Below are positions 1 through 12,601 of a stretch of 64,000 nucleotides of DNA, in pieces. How positions within the stretch are numbered: position 1 is the stretch's first letter; each line of letters begins with the position of its first letter. The notes under the pieces are model-generated. The model was given only the letters and a program-made list of their open reading frames with translations. It was not told where the DNA came from and did not search any database. The DNA comes from Escherichia coli (GTDB lineage: Bacteria > Pseudomonadota > Gammaproteobacteria > Enterobacterales > Enterobacteriaceae): assembly GCF_013315695.1 (NCBI RefSeq), contig NZ_CP054353.1; one strand, written 5' to 3'. The position numbers and the translations under genes are program-made.

Positions 1-2432
1 GGATCGGTCGCGTCCAGCGTCAGTTTGTTAACCAGCTGTGCGGCGTCGAAGAACGGCATGTACACCAGGCCCTGTGGCGGACGGTTACGACCGCGCGTTT
101 CAACAATCGAGATCACTTCGCCACGGCGAGAAACCACTTTCACTTTGTCGCCACGGCGCAGATCGCGCGCTTTCGCATCCAACGGGTGAATAAACAGGAC
201 CGCTTCCGGGAAGGCGCGGTGCAGTTCCGGTACACGGCGAGTCATACTGCCGGTATGCCAGTGCTCCAGAACGCGTCCGGTAGAGAGCCACAGGTCGTAC
301 TCTTCATCCGGTGCCTCCGCCGCCGGTTCGAACGGCAGCGCGAAGATCACCGCTTTGCCATCCGGTTTACCGTAGAACTTGTAGCCTTCGCCCGCTTTCA
401 CGTACGGGTCGTTACCTTCGCTGTAACGCCACTGCGTTTCTTTACCGTTCACCACCGGCCAGCGCAGACCGCGCGCTTTGTGGTAGTCATCGAACGGTGC
501 CAGATCGTGACCGTGACCGCGACCAAACCATGCGTACTCTTCGAACAGCCCTTTTTGCAGATAGAAGCCCAGCTCGCGGGATTCATCGTTCAGCTGATCT
601 TCCGCCAGTTCGGATACCGGGTATTTGCTCACTTCCGGGGTGGCATACAGCACTTCGTACAGCGTTTTGCCACGCAGTTCCGGTTTCTTCGCCAGCAGCT
701 CTTCCGGCCATACTTCTTCTGTTTTGAAGCGGCGGGAGAACTGGACTAACTGCCAGAGATCCGATTTCGCTTTGCCCGGTGCCTGTACCTGCTGACGCCA
801 GAACTGAGTACGGCGTTCGGCGTTACCGTAAGCGCCCTCTTTCTCTACCCACATTGCGGTCGGCAGGATCAAGTCGGCGGCCAGCGCACTGACTGTCGGA
901 TACGGATCGGAGACGATGATGAAGTTGCGCGGATCGCGCCAGCCCGGCATACGCTCTTCATTAATGTTCGGCCCGGCCTGCATGTTGTTGGTACACATGG
1001 TCCAGTAAACATTCAGCTTGCCGTCTTTCAGCGCACGGTCTTGTGCCACCGCGTGCAGACCGATTTTCGCCGGAATGGTGCCGCTCGGGATATTCCACTT
1101 CTTCTCGCAGATATCACGGTGTTTCTCGTTAGTCACCACCATGTCCGCAGGCAGACGGTGAGCAAAGGTGCCCACTTCACGCGCAGTACCACACGCGGAA
1201 GGCTGCCCGGTCAGGGAGAACGGACCGCAACCCGGCTGGGAAATTTTGCCGGTCAGCAGGTGCAGGTTGTAGACCAGGTTGTTGGCCCACACGCCACGAG
1301 TATGCTGGTTGAAGCCCATCGTCCAGTAGGAGATGACTTTCTTGTTCGGATCGGCATACAGCTGCGCCAGTTGTTCTAACTGGTCTTTCGGCACGCCGGT
1401 CATTTCGGCGGTTTTTTCCAGCGTATATTCAGCAACGAAGGCTTTGTAATCTTCAAAGCTCATCGGTTCGGAGGCGTCAGAACCTGGATTCTTCGCTGCT
1501 TTTTCCAGCGGATGGGTCGGACGTAAACCGTAGCCGATGTCCGTCGCCCCTTTGCGCAGGTTAACGTGTTTGCTAAAGAAGTCCTGATTTATCGCATTGT
1601 TTTGAATGATATAGTTGGCGATGTAGTTCAGGATCACCAGGTCTGATTGCGGCGTAAAGATGATGCCGTTATCCGCCAGCTCGAAGCTACGATGCTGGTA
1701 GGTAGAAAGCACCGCCACGGTGACGTTCTGGTTGGAGAGACGACGGTTAGTGATGCGCGACCAGAGGATCGGGTGCATTTCCGCCATGTTCGCGCCCCAC
1801 AGCACAAACGCATCAGCCTGCTCGATGTCGTCATAGCAGCCCATCGGCTCATCCATACCAAAGGTACGCATAAAGCCAACTACCGCCGACGCCATACAGT
1901 GACGCGCGTTCGGGTCGATGTTGTTCGAACGGAATCCCGCTTTAAACAGCTTGGACGCGGCATAACCTTCCCAGATAGTCCACTGACCAGAACCGAACAT
2001 ACCGATCGATTCCGGCCCTTTTTCTTTCAGGGCGGTTTTGAATTTCTCTTCCATCACATCGAAGGCCTGATCCCAGGTGATTGGGGTAAATTCGCCTTCT
2101 TTGTCATATTTACCGTTTTTCATACGCAGAAGCGGCTGCGTCAAACGGTCTTTACCGTACATGATTTTGGGCAGGAAATAGCCCTTAATGCAGTTCAGAC
2201 CACGGTTAACCGGTGCGTCCGGGTCGCCCTGACAGGCCACCACACGCCCCTGCTGCGTTCCGACCAGAACGCCGCAACCAGTACCGCAGAAACGGCACGG
2301 CGCTTTATCCCATTTAATGGCTTCCTGCTGACCAACAACGGCGCGGGCAACGCCCGGCACGCTGAGACCGGCAGCCGCCGCAGCGGCCGCAACGGCGTTA
2401 GCTTTCATAAAGCTACGACGACTGAGTTTCAT
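1..2432 (-). CDS. napA: periplasmic nitrate reductase catalytic subunit NapA, C-terminus runs off the window start
   Basis: Minus-strand frame from ATG at 2432 ([11 protein letters not shown]..., twin-arginine signal) stays open to position 1; absent from ORF track because it is open at the window edge; overlaps napD stop by 4 bp. Confidence 0.9.
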   Translation of the reverse strand, partial: MKLSRRSFMKANAVAAAAAAAGLSVPGVARAVVGQQEAIKWDKAPCRFCGTGCGVLVGTQQGRVVACQGDPDAPVNRGLNCIKGYFLPKIMYGKDRLTQPLLRMKNGKYDKEGEFTPITWDQAFDVMEEKFKTALKEKGPESIGMFGSGQWTIWEGYAASKLFKAGFRSNNIDPNARHCMASAVVGFMRTFGMDEPMGCYDDIEQADAFVLWGANMAEMHPILWSRITNRRLSNQNVTVAVLSTYQHRSFELADNGIIFTPQSDLVILNYIANYIIQNNAINQDFFSKHVNLRKGATDIGYGLRPTHPLEKAAKNPGSDASEPMSFEDYKAFVAEYTLEKTAEMTGVPKDQLEQLAQLYADPNKKVISYWTMGFNQHTRGVWANNLVYNLHLLTGKISQPGCGPFSLTGQPSACGTAREVGTFAHRLPADMVVTNEKHRDICEKKWNIPSGTIPAKIGLHAVAQDRALKDGKLNVYWTMCTNNMQAGPNINEERMPGWRDPRNFIIVSDPYPTVSALAADLILPTAMWVEKEGAYGNAERRTQFWRQQVQAPGKAKSDLWQLVQFSRRFKTEEVWPEELLAKKPELRGKTLYEVLYATPEVSKYPVSELAEDQLNDESRELGFYLQKGLFEEYAWFGRGHGHDLAPFDDYHKARGLRWPVVNGKETQWRYSEGNDPYVKAGEGYKFYGKPDGKAVIFALPFEPAAEAPDEEYDLWLSTGRVLEHWHTGSMTRRVPELHRAFPEAVLFIHPLDAKARDLRRGDKVKVVSRRGEVISIVETRGRNRPPQGLVYMPFFDAAQLVNKLTLDATD

Positions 2433-2692
2433 GGTGTTTCCTCACCTTGCTCTTCCTGCTGGTGATAAACCAGCGACACCGCCAGCACGCCCTCTACGTT
2501 GCGTACTGACTCAATGGTTTGAATCAGCGTTTCGCTGTCTTCTGCTTCCACCACCACAATCAACTGACCGCTCGGCGCGTCGCTGACAGCAACTTCACAG
2601 CCGGGAAAGGCGTTCAGTTGGGTGCTGATGTCTGAAATTCGTTCGCTTTTGGCCTGCACGACCAGGCTGCAAACTTGCCAGTTAGTGTGCAT
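2429..2692 (-). CDS. napD: NapA chaperone NapD
   Basis: 87-aa ORF matching NapD as I recall it; operon position between napF and napA. Confidence 0.9.
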   Translation of the reverse strand: MHTNWQVCSLVVQAKSERISDISTQLNAFPGCEVAVSDAPSGQLIVVVEAEDSETLIQTIESVRNVEGVLAVSLVYHQQEEQGEETP

Positions 2693-3176
2693 GGAGATAC
2701 TCCGCAGTTATGGCTGATACCGGACAACTGGCTGCACATGCTCCACATCCGTTGCAAAGTTGGCTATTAAGTTGCGGCTGGTAGATCCCGGAGAGCGTCG
2801 GGCGAAAGATAATTGCCATTGGCTCACAGCTATCCTGACAGCGGCGGCATTCAACTGTTTGATACGCCAGGCACACCTCCCCGATGGTGAACAGCAAATC
2901 CCAGGCCCTGGTGTGGCGCGGAGAAAATAGCGATTCGGGGCAAGCCTGCGCGCAGGCGTAACAGAAGCTGCACTCGTTATTTTTGAAATTAACGCTCGGA
3001 TAGCCGCCAGCGCCGCGTTGCAGGATGTTGTTTTCACAAGCATTAATACAGGCGTCGCAGCGGGTGCAATGGGTCAGAAAATGAGATTCATCACCGGACC
3101 AGGGCGGACGGATACCGTTACTGGCTTTGCGCCAGCGACCAGTGAGTATGCCCCGACGGGATGCATCAATCTTCAC
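2682..3176 (-). CDS. napF: ferredoxin-type protein NapF (multiple 4Fe-4S CxxCxxCxxxCP motifs)
   Basis: 164-aa ORF with repeated Cys clusters; first gene of nap operon. Confidence 0.9.
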   Translation of the reverse strand: MKIDASRRGILTGRWRKASNGIRPPWSGDESHFLTHCTRCDACINACENNILQRGAGGYPSVNFKNNECSFCYACAQACPESLFSPRHTRAWDLLFTIGEVCLAYQTVECRRCQDSCEPMAIIFRPTLSGIYQPQLNSQLCNGCGACAASCPVSAITAEYLHAH

Positions 3177-3289
3177 ATTGACCTTCCATCATTAACGCGC
3201 TCTGAAAATTGAGAGCGACCAAATAAACCGCATAATTAATAAGCCATTTTTATAGCCGCTAAGATATTAAAGGATGTGTCAAAGATGCA

Positions 3290-3305
3290 TACCCCGATCG
3301 GGGTA
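3290..3305. promoter_or_regulatory. perfect 16-bp palindrome TACCCCGATCGGGGTA, 7-2-7 heptamer pair typical of NarP/NarL sites, upstream of napF
   Basis: Palindrome read directly; position about 115 bp upstream of napF start fits the known NarP-activated napF promoter; a partial FNR-like half site (ATCAA) lies about 20 bp further upstream. Confidence 0.6.
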
Positions 3306-3583
3306 AAACCTGTAGCAGGATCAAAAGAGTGGCGGGAAGCGTGGCAAAAACGGGCTTTTGCTCACATTTCAAATGGTTATAAACATATTTATATAGCGAT
3401 TAATTCGCCAGAGATATTTCTGCTGGTTTGTTTTCTCATCAGAATTTAACACTAAAAGAGCAGGTAAAATTATCTGAATGTTCTTTAAGTTATTCATAAA
3501 GCAAATTAATAAATCTGATGAATATGTTAACCTTCAGCGACATCATCGGTGAAAACCTATAAATGAAGAAGGAAAGCAAAAAA

Positions 3584-4072
3584 ATGAAGACCATTCTACC
3601 TGCAGTATTGTTTGCCGCTTTCGCCACCACTTCCGCCTGGGCGGCAGAAAGCGTCCAGCCGCTGGAAAAAATCGCACCTTATCCACAAGCTGAAAAAGGC
3701 ATGAAGCGTCAGGTGATTCAGTTAACTCCGCAAGAAGATGAATCTACCCTGAAAGTAGAACTGTTAATCGGTCAGACGCTGGAAGTCGATTGCAATTTGC
3801 ATCGTCTCGGCGGGAAGCTGGAAAGCAAAACGCTGGAAGGCTGGGGCTATGATTATTATGTCTTTGATAAAGTTAGCTCGCCGGTTTCCACGATGATGGC
3901 CTGCCCGGATGGCAAGAAAGAGAAGAAATTTGTCACCGCGTATCTGGGCGATGCCGGAATGCTGCGTTATAACAGCAAGCTGCCGATCGTGGTGTATACG
4001 CCAGACAATGTGGATGTGAAGTACCGCATCTGGAAGGCGGAAGAGAAAATTGACAACGCGGTTGTTCGCTAA
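3584..4072 (+). CDS. eco: ecotin, periplasmic serine protease inhibitor
   Basis: ORF 3563..4072; start placed at internal ATG 3584 ([10 protein letters not shown]... signal peptide) to give the 162-aa ecotin I recall. Confidence 0.9.
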   Translation: MKTILPAVLFAAFATTSAWAAESVQPLEKIAPYPQAEKGMKRQVIQLTPQEDESTLKVELLIGQTLEVDCNLHRLGGKLESKTLEGWGYDYYVFDKVSSPVSTMMACPDGKKEKKFVTAYLGDAGMLRYNSKLPIVVYTPDNVDVKYRIWKAEEKIDNAVVR

Positions 4073-4089
4073 ACTACTGTGAAGTGCTG

Positions 4090-4216
4090 CAACCCGTAGG
4101 CCGAATAAGGCGGTTACGCTGCATCCGACATCTAACGCCCGAGCCGGTTGCCTGATGCGACGCTGACGCGTCTTATCAGCATACGCCACATCCGGCAAAC
4201 CATGCCGGATGTGGCA
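4090..4216. repeat. REP/BIME cluster (GCCGGATG / CTTATC-type palindromic units) between convergent eco and mqo
   Basis: Three imperfect palindromic units resembling the REP consensus read in sequence. Confidence 0.7.
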
Positions 4217-4221
4217 CATCA

Positions 4222-5880
<1,659 letters not shown>

Positions 5881-6046
5881 TTACTTTTAGTCGCTTTATT
5901 GCAGGTGAGATTTGCGCGGCATCAACGGTAACACTTAAGTAACAACATTTAAATAATGTTTATAAATTATATTCTAATTTTAGAAACATTATAATTTCGT
6001 TGATTAATTATAGGGTTATTAGAAATGAAGGGATTTTTAGCATATT

Positions 6047-6073
6047 GACCTGGCGGCAGCAGTCCGCCAGGTC
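6047..6073 (-). terminator. stem-loop GACCTGGCGG-N7-CCGCCAGGTC 13 nt downstream of yojI stop
   Basis: Perfect 10-bp inverted repeat read directly; no strong U-tract, so terminator function is uncertain. Confidence 0.35.
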
Positions 6074-6085
6074 AGCGTCGAAATA

Positions 6086-7729
6086 TTATGCCGTCCGGGC
6101 AACGGCATCACGCGAAGCAGCATCGCGCTCTTCGCCTGTCAGCTCGCTAAGTTGCCCGTTGCGCATTTCCAGCAGGCGGTCAGCGTGGATAAAGTAATGA
6201 TCATCATGACTGATGGCGAATATGGTTTTACCCATCTCCTGCATCAGCGGCAGCAGCACCTGATAAAACTCACGGCGGAAGTGTGGGTCCTGATCCGCCG
6301 CCCATTCATCCAGCAGGATAATATCGCGTTCTTCTGCCAGCGCCAGCAACAGCGCGACGCGTTTTTTCTGCCCTTTTGATAACTTCAGGTTAACAATACG
6401 CCCGTTACTTAACTCAAGCTTATGAGCCATTTTCAGCTGCGCCAGCCACTTCTCAACCAGTTGCGGGTTAACGGGTTGCCCCTCCGGCCCCAGCAGTTGA
6501 TCAAACAGCCAGACATCGGTAAACACTGCCGAAAACAGTTTGCGATAATCTTCCGGTTGTTCGCCGCTGACAGGTTTGCCATCCAGCAAGATTTCGCCGC
6601 TTTGTGGCTGATACAAGCCCGTCAGCAACATCGCCAGCGTCGATTTTCCGCTACCGTTGCCACCAATCAGAAACAGCAGTTCGCCACGTTTGATGGTGAG
6701 GTTAATCGGCCCAACGGAAAACGCGTTATCCTGATAAGCAAACGTCACGTTACGCAGCTCCAGCGTTTGCCAGTTGGGAAACGCCTGCGGGCGCGGAAAC
6801 TCTGCTTTGAAAGGCGCGAGCGCGAATTTGTTCAGCTTGTTAAACGCCACCTGCGCCGTCAGCAGCGTCGGTAATGCGCCAACCGCCGAAAGCAGCGGCG
6901 TACGCAGGAATAACAGCGTCAACGAATAGGTCGCGGCAACGTTGGTATCAGCCCAACCGAGACTGTTCGCCATCCAGAACACCAGGCCGATAGCGCCCAG
7001 CATCATGATGTTTGACCAGTTCACGGCACTAAGATGGAAGGTGTCTGCGCGGATAATATGATGGCGATACTCTTGCGCATCAGGAATGTAGAGGTTGTTA
7101 AACACATACTCGGCGCGTTCCCGGTTCAGAGTCAGCTCTTTGCGCCCTTCGAGTACGGTTTGAAAATCCGTGTACAGCTTATCTTCGGTTTCACGCAGGG
7201 TCGCCATATGTTTGTACACCCGCGCCACCAGTATAAAACCACCCCAGATGGTGACTGCCATCCAGATAGCCGTTACCAGCAACATTTTGCCCGACAGCAT
7301 CCACAAATACGCCGCTGAACCGATAGTGAGAATGATCCCCTGCACCAGTTCCGGCAGACGCACAAAAGCAATGGTGATATTGCGCACATCGCTGGTTAAC
7401 CCCGCCAGCAACGAGGCGCTACCAAGTTGTTCAATGCGCTCGACATGGGTATCCAGAATCCGCTTGATAAATTCACTACGCAGTCGGTAAACGAAGTGAT
7501 GCCCCAAAGTGGTGAGCGCCAGTTGCGATCCGAGAGTGACTGCCATCAACAGCAACAATAATCCCAGAAACTCCGGCAACACCAGCAGACTGGTATCCGC
7601 CGTTTCGATAAGGCGCTGATTGATAAAAGCAATTAAGCCAATGCCTAATGCCGCACTGGCGAGGCTTAGCGCCATCACACTGATAAATGGCCAGCGATAC
7701 TGCCGCCAGACAAGTACAAGAAGTTCCAT
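6086..7729 (-). CDS. yojI: ABC transporter permease/ATPase fusion YojI (microcin J25 efflux)
   Basis: 547-aa ORF with N-terminal TM domain and C-terminal Walker A (GGNGSGKST) and ABC signature. Confidence 0.9.
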   Translation of the reverse strand: MELLVLVWRQYRWPFISVMALSLASAALGIGLIAFINQRLIETADTSLLVLPEFLGLLLLLMAVTLGSQLALTTLGHHFVYRLRSEFIKRILDTHVERIEQLGSASLLAGLTSDVRNITIAFVRLPELVQGIILTIGSAAYLWMLSGKMLLVTAIWMAVTIWGGFILVARVYKHMATLRETEDKLYTDFQTVLEGRKELTLNRERAEYVFNNLYIPDAQEYRHHIIRADTFHLSAVNWSNIMMLGAIGLVFWMANSLGWADTNVAATYSLTLLFLRTPLLSAVGALPTLLTAQVAFNKLNKFALAPFKAEFPRPQAFPNWQTLELRNVTFAYQDNAFSVGPINLTIKRGELLFLIGGNGSGKSTLAMLLTGLYQPQSGEILLDGKPVSGEQPEDYRKLFSAVFTDVWLFDQLLGPEGQPVNPQLVEKWLAQLKMAHKLELSNGRIVNLKLSKGQKKRVALLLALAEERDIILLDEWAADQDPHFRREFYQVLLPLMQEMGKTIFAISHDDHYFIHADRLLEMRNGQLSELTGEERDAASRDAVARTA

Positions 7730-7804
7730 GCAGAAAACCCGGACAATGAATTACAGCCCGCAGTTTAAACATCTTCGCGCGCACAGCAATAATAATTCTT
7801 ATTT

Positions 7805-8455
7805 TTATTCTTTTTTACCTGCCTGCCGGAATGTCAGGTTGTAGCGGCAGTCGGTGGTGAGTGGATGCCCCCCCACTTTCAACGGTTGAATGCCATGATA
7901 AAACAGCCGCGACTCACCACCCCATACCACCACATCGCCATGTTCCAACAACAAACGTTTGAGCGGATCATTTCGTTTCAGGCCGCCAAATTGAAAAATC
8001 GCGGGTAAGCCCAGAGAAACAGAAACAATTGGCGCGCGCAGATCCGGTTCGTCTTTATCCTGATGCAGCGACAGTTTCGCGCCAGGAACGTAGCGGTTGA
8101 TCAAACAGGCATCTGGCTGGAAATCTGGATAGCCCGCCGCCGTAGCCGCACGTTGGCATAAATCATGAAAACTCTGCGGCATGGCGGGCCACGGTTTATT
8201 TGTTTGCGGATCAATGGGCGAATAGAGATAACCTTGCCGATGGGTCGTCCAGCCCAGATGCCCACAGTTGGTCATCGCCACCGACATGGTATATCCGCCT
8301 GGAGTGACCATCTGGCGAAACGGCGACTGGCTGGCAACGTCATTAATATCGCGGATTAGTTGCTCCGCAGCGTTAAAAGCAAAACGGTGCAAAATCACCG
8401 CTCCAGCCGCCAGTGGTTCTTGCCACGGTTCAGCATCAGCAAACAGATCCAACAT
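7805..8455 (-). CDS. alkB: alpha-ketoglutarate/Fe(II)-dependent DNA dealkylating dioxygenase AlkB
   Basis: 216-aa ORF matching AlkB; start overlaps ada stop (operon ada-alkB). Confidence 0.9.
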   Translation of the reverse strand: MLDLFADAEPWQEPLAAGAVILHRFAFNAAEQLIRDINDVASQSPFRQMVTPGGYTMSVAMTNCGHLGWTTHRQGYLYSPIDPQTNKPWPAMPQSFHDLCQRAATAAGYPDFQPDACLINRYVPGAKLSLHQDKDEPDLRAPIVSVSLGLPAIFQFGGLKRNDPLKRLLLEHGDVVVWGGESRLFYHGIQPLKVGGHPLTTDCRYNLTFRQAGKKE

Positions 8456-9519
8456 TACCTTTCCTCATTTTCAGCTTCGCGGCGCAGCAGTTGCGCTTTG
8501 CGCGACACGCCCCAGCGGTAACCGGAAAGTGTGCCATCACCACGGACCACCCGATGACAGGGTATTATGATAGCCAGCTTGTTGGCGGCACAGGCACTGG
8601 CAACGGCCCGTACCGCTTTCGGTTTGCCGATGGCATTAGCCAGTTGCTGATAACTGACGGTTTCACCGCAAGGTATCGTGCGCAGGGCCTGCCAGACTTG
8701 TTGCTGAAAAGCAGTGCCGCGAATGTCCAGCGGTAACGTCAGCGGCGTATCGCGTTGATTGAGGCTGGCGATCACTTCACGCACATGTTGCTGAAACGTC
8801 AGATCGGCAGGCGCGTTGTCGGCAGCGGGAAACATCTGCTGCAACTCGCTGATTAATGTCGCATCATCATCGCCCAACAATATCGCGCAAATCCCCCGCT
8901 CGCTTTCTGCCACCAGGCAACGGCCCAGCTCACAATCAGCCAGCGCGTAACGCACCGCCAGATTTTCGCCACCGTGACGGAATTGTTTAGCCGTCATGCC
9001 CAGCGTTTCATCGGCTTTACGGTAGTAACTGCTGCCGTCGGGAAATCCGGCATTGAGAATCGCCTGAGTCACGCTCTCCCCTTTTGCCAGAGACTCCCGC
9101 AATCGGCGAGCACGCCAGGCCTGCTGCCAGGCTTTCGGCGTCATTCCGGTAGTCGCTTTAAACAATCTATGCAAATGGAACGGACTCATCGCCACCTGGT
9201 CGGCTAAGGCTTCCAGCGTTACAGGCGTTTCCTGTTCCAGAAGTCGGCAGGCGTGGGTAATTTTATCAAGGCGATGTTGCTGGGCATTGGCTTTGTCTGG
9301 CTGACAACGTTTGCAGGGGCGAAATCCGGCGGCGAGTGCCTCGCTGGCATTTGCGTAGAAGGAGACATTTTCCCGCAAGGCATGTCTGGCGCGGCAAGAC
9401 GGACGGCAAAAGATACCTGTGGTGCGCACGGCGAAAACGAATTCGCCGTCGGCATTCGGGTCGCGGGCTAAGACAGATTGCCAGCGTTGATCGTCTGTTA
9501 AGCATGTGGCGTTTTTCAT
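8455..9519 (-). CDS. ada: Ada bifunctional transcriptional activator / O6-methylguanine-DNA methyltransferase
   Basis: 354-aa ORF with N-terminal Cys cluster and AraC-type HTH, and C-terminal PCHRV methyl-acceptor motif. Confidence 0.9.
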   Translation of the reverse strand: MKNATCLTDDQRWQSVLARDPNADGEFVFAVRTTGIFCRPSCRARHALRENVSFYANASEALAAGFRPCKRCQPDKANAQQHRLDKITHACRLLEQETPVTLEALADQVAMSPFHLHRLFKATTGMTPKAWQQAWRARRLRESLAKGESVTQAILNAGFPDGSSYYRKADETLGMTAKQFRHGGENLAVRYALADCELGRCLVAESERGICAILLGDDDATLISELQQMFPAADNAPADLTFQQHVREVIASLNQRDTPLTLPLDIRGTAFQQQVWQALRTIPCGETVSYQQLANAIGKPKAVRAVASACAANKLAIIIPCHRVVRGDGTLSGYRWGVSRKAQLLRREAENEER

Positions 9520-9592
9520 AATCTGCTCCCTGGTTAAGGATAGCCTTTAGTCTGCCCGGTCACCATCGCGCAAAAACCAACAATCTTGCGCT

Positions 9593-10648
9593 TTAATTTT
9601 TTTCGCTGATAAGGAAGCTTTTAAACTGCGGCGACATCCAGGTTTTAAAGCTATCGCCCTCTTTGGTGATCATATAGACCGCCAGCCCTTCCCGGCGAAC
9701 AACTTCTTTGGCTTTATCCGGCCCGAGCACCATCAAACCTGTGTCCCAGGCGTCGGCTTCCAGCGCCGTCGGGGCAATCACCGTCACGGATACCAGATTA
9801 TGTTCAATGGGACGCCCGGTTTGCGGATCGATAACATGAGAAAGACGTTTGCCGTCCAGTTCGTAATAGTTACGGTAGCTGCCAGAGGTGCTAATGCCAT
9901 GACCGTTGATATCCACCACGGCCTGAACCGCGTTTTCTTTATCGGTTGGTTTTTGAATCGCTACCCGCCACGGCTGGCCTTCAACGTTCATACCACGGCT
10001 GTTCAGCGCGCCGCCCACCGACACCAGATAGCGGGAAATCCCTTCCTGCTCCATCAAGCGTGCCAGATGATCCGCCGCATAGCCTTCGCCGACGGTAGAG
10101 AGATCGACATATAAATCCGGCAGGTTTTTTTGCAGATATTGCTGATGCGACTGATTAATGACCGTCAGGTGCTGTAAGCCGGTTTTGGCTTTCATCGCAT
10201 CGATCTGTTCCTGACTCGGAATTTGAACCGGCTGTTGTTCCGGACCGAAACCCCACAGATTCACCAGCGGCCCGACGGTTATATCCATCGCGCCATCGGT
10301 CTTCGCGCCAATGCGTAGCGAGGTGGTGACGATATCGGCCATCGCTTCACTTACCGGCCACGGCGACAAACTTTGCGAGTCGTTAAAGCGCATCAGCGCG
10401 GAATCTTTTTTATAGGTCGAAAGCAGCTGATCGTCGGCGTCCAGCTGGGTCTGAATCTTTTCTTTAAGTTCGGCACTGCGTTTGGCGTCAATGCCCGGGA
10501 TGCTGGCACGCCAGAAGGTACCCATAGTTTTGCCTTCAAGAACGGTAACTTCAGTAGCGTGGGTTTTGGCGGGTTGTGGTTTTTGATCGCAACCAACAAA
10601 GAAGAGCGCGGCAGCCAGCAGTGCCACGCGGGTAAAGCTTATTTCCAT
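9593..10648 (-). CDS. apbE: FAD:protein FMN transferase ApbE (lipoprotein)
   Basis: 351-aa ORF with lipoprotein signal (LFFVGC) matching ApbE. Confidence 0.85.
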   Translation of the reverse strand: MEISFTRVALLAAALFFVGCDQKPQPAKTHATEVTVLEGKTMGTFWRASIPGIDAKRSAELKEKIQTQLDADDQLLSTYKKDSALMRFNDSQSLSPWPVSEAMADIVTTSLRIGAKTDGAMDITVGPLVNLWGFGPEQQPVQIPSQEQIDAMKAKTGLQHLTVINQSHQQYLQKNLPDLYVDLSTVGEGYAADHLARLMEQEGISRYLVSVGGALNSRGMNVEGQPWRVAIQKPTDKENAVQAVVDINGHGISTSGSYRNYYELDGKRLSHVIDPQTGRPIEHNLVSVTVIAPTALEADAWDTGLMVLGPDKAKEVVRREGLAVYMITKEGDSFKTWMSPQFKSFLISEKN

Positions 10649-10716
10649 ACGTGATTATCCTCATGCGAACGGTCGCAAGAGTACACCAAAAAACTGTGTT
10701 TGTACGCTGAAAACAA

Positions 10717-10740
10717 TGAAAAAAGGGCCCGCAGGCCCTT
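10717..10740 (-). terminator. rho-independent terminator of ompC (GGGCC-TGCG-GGCCC hairpin followed by U-run on minus strand)
   Basis: Hairpin and T6 run read directly about 20 nt downstream of ompC stop. Confidence 0.75.
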
Positions 10741-10759
10741 TGTTCGATATAAATCGAGA

Positions 10760-11878
<1,119 letters not shown>

Positions 11879-12000
11879 TTATATGCCTTTATTTGCTTTT
11901 TTATGCCACTGCATACTGATTAACCCTCATTAATCAGTCGGCAGGTCCATTCTCCCCAAAAATGCAGAATAATCCAACACGAATATGATACTAAAACTTT

Positions 12001-12042
12001 TAAGATGTTTCATTTATCGCTATAGATGTTTCAAAATGTAAA
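12001..12042. promoter_or_regulatory. OmpR-binding region of the ompC/micF divergent promoters (contains TTTACATTTTGAAACATCTA on minus strand)
   Basis: Sequence motif matching the OmpR consensus site read directly, located between ompC and micF. Confidence 0.65.
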
Positions 12043-12197
12043 TACAAGGGAACTTTTTAAGATTATTGCGGAATGGCGAAATAAGCACCTAACATCAAGC
12101 AATAATAATTCAAGGTTAAAATCAATAACTTATTCTTAAGTATTTGACAGCACTGAATGTCAAAACAAAACCTTCACTCGCAACTAGAATAACTCCC

Positions 12198-12290
12198 GCT
12201 ATCATCATTAACTTTATTTATTACCGTCATTCATTTCTGAATGTCTGTTTACCCCTATTTCAACCGGATGCCTCGCATCCGGTTTTTTTT
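12198..12290 (+). ncRNA. micF: MicF antisense sRNA (represses ompF translation)
   Basis: Sequence GCTATCATCATTAACTTTATTTATTACCGTCATTCATTTCTGAATGTCTG... ending in hairpin plus T8, matching micF as I recall it, divergent from ompC. Confidence 0.85.
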
Positions 12291-12601
12291 ACCCTTCTTT
12301 ACACACTTTTCATTATTCTGTGCTACCACAGAAAAACTATAACGCTTGTTAACTATTTCACAAATAATTAACATCAGCATAATTTCCAGCAATCTTCGTT
12401 TATTTGCAATTAATTTCGTTGGGCTTTTTGTAGGTTATTTGTACAGCAAAATGGCGCTTGTACATCTATTTCCCCCAATGCAGGATGATAAATATCACGG
12501 GAGAATAGAAAATCATCAATCAGGTAAGAGTCTGGAATTTCACACTGTACCCTTTATACTGCCCTATCACTTCGCGAAGTTTTAACAGGTCATAAACACG
12601 A

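Noticed and set aside
1647-2465. 272-aa plus-strand ORF (and the 187-aa ORF at 186..749)
   Set aside because: Antisense to napA, whose minus-strand frame is open across the whole region and matches the NapA protein
3177-3562. Possible small gene in the napF-eco intergenic region
   Set aside because: No ORF with credible start and ribosome-binding site; the region is better explained as divergent napF and eco promoters with a NarP/NarL palindrome
12144-12585. Small ORFs of 75 and 79 aa between micF and rcsD
   Set aside because: The first overlaps the micF sRNA; both are AT-rich with no Shine-Dalgarno, and the region is better explained as the micF gene plus the rcsD promoter/leader
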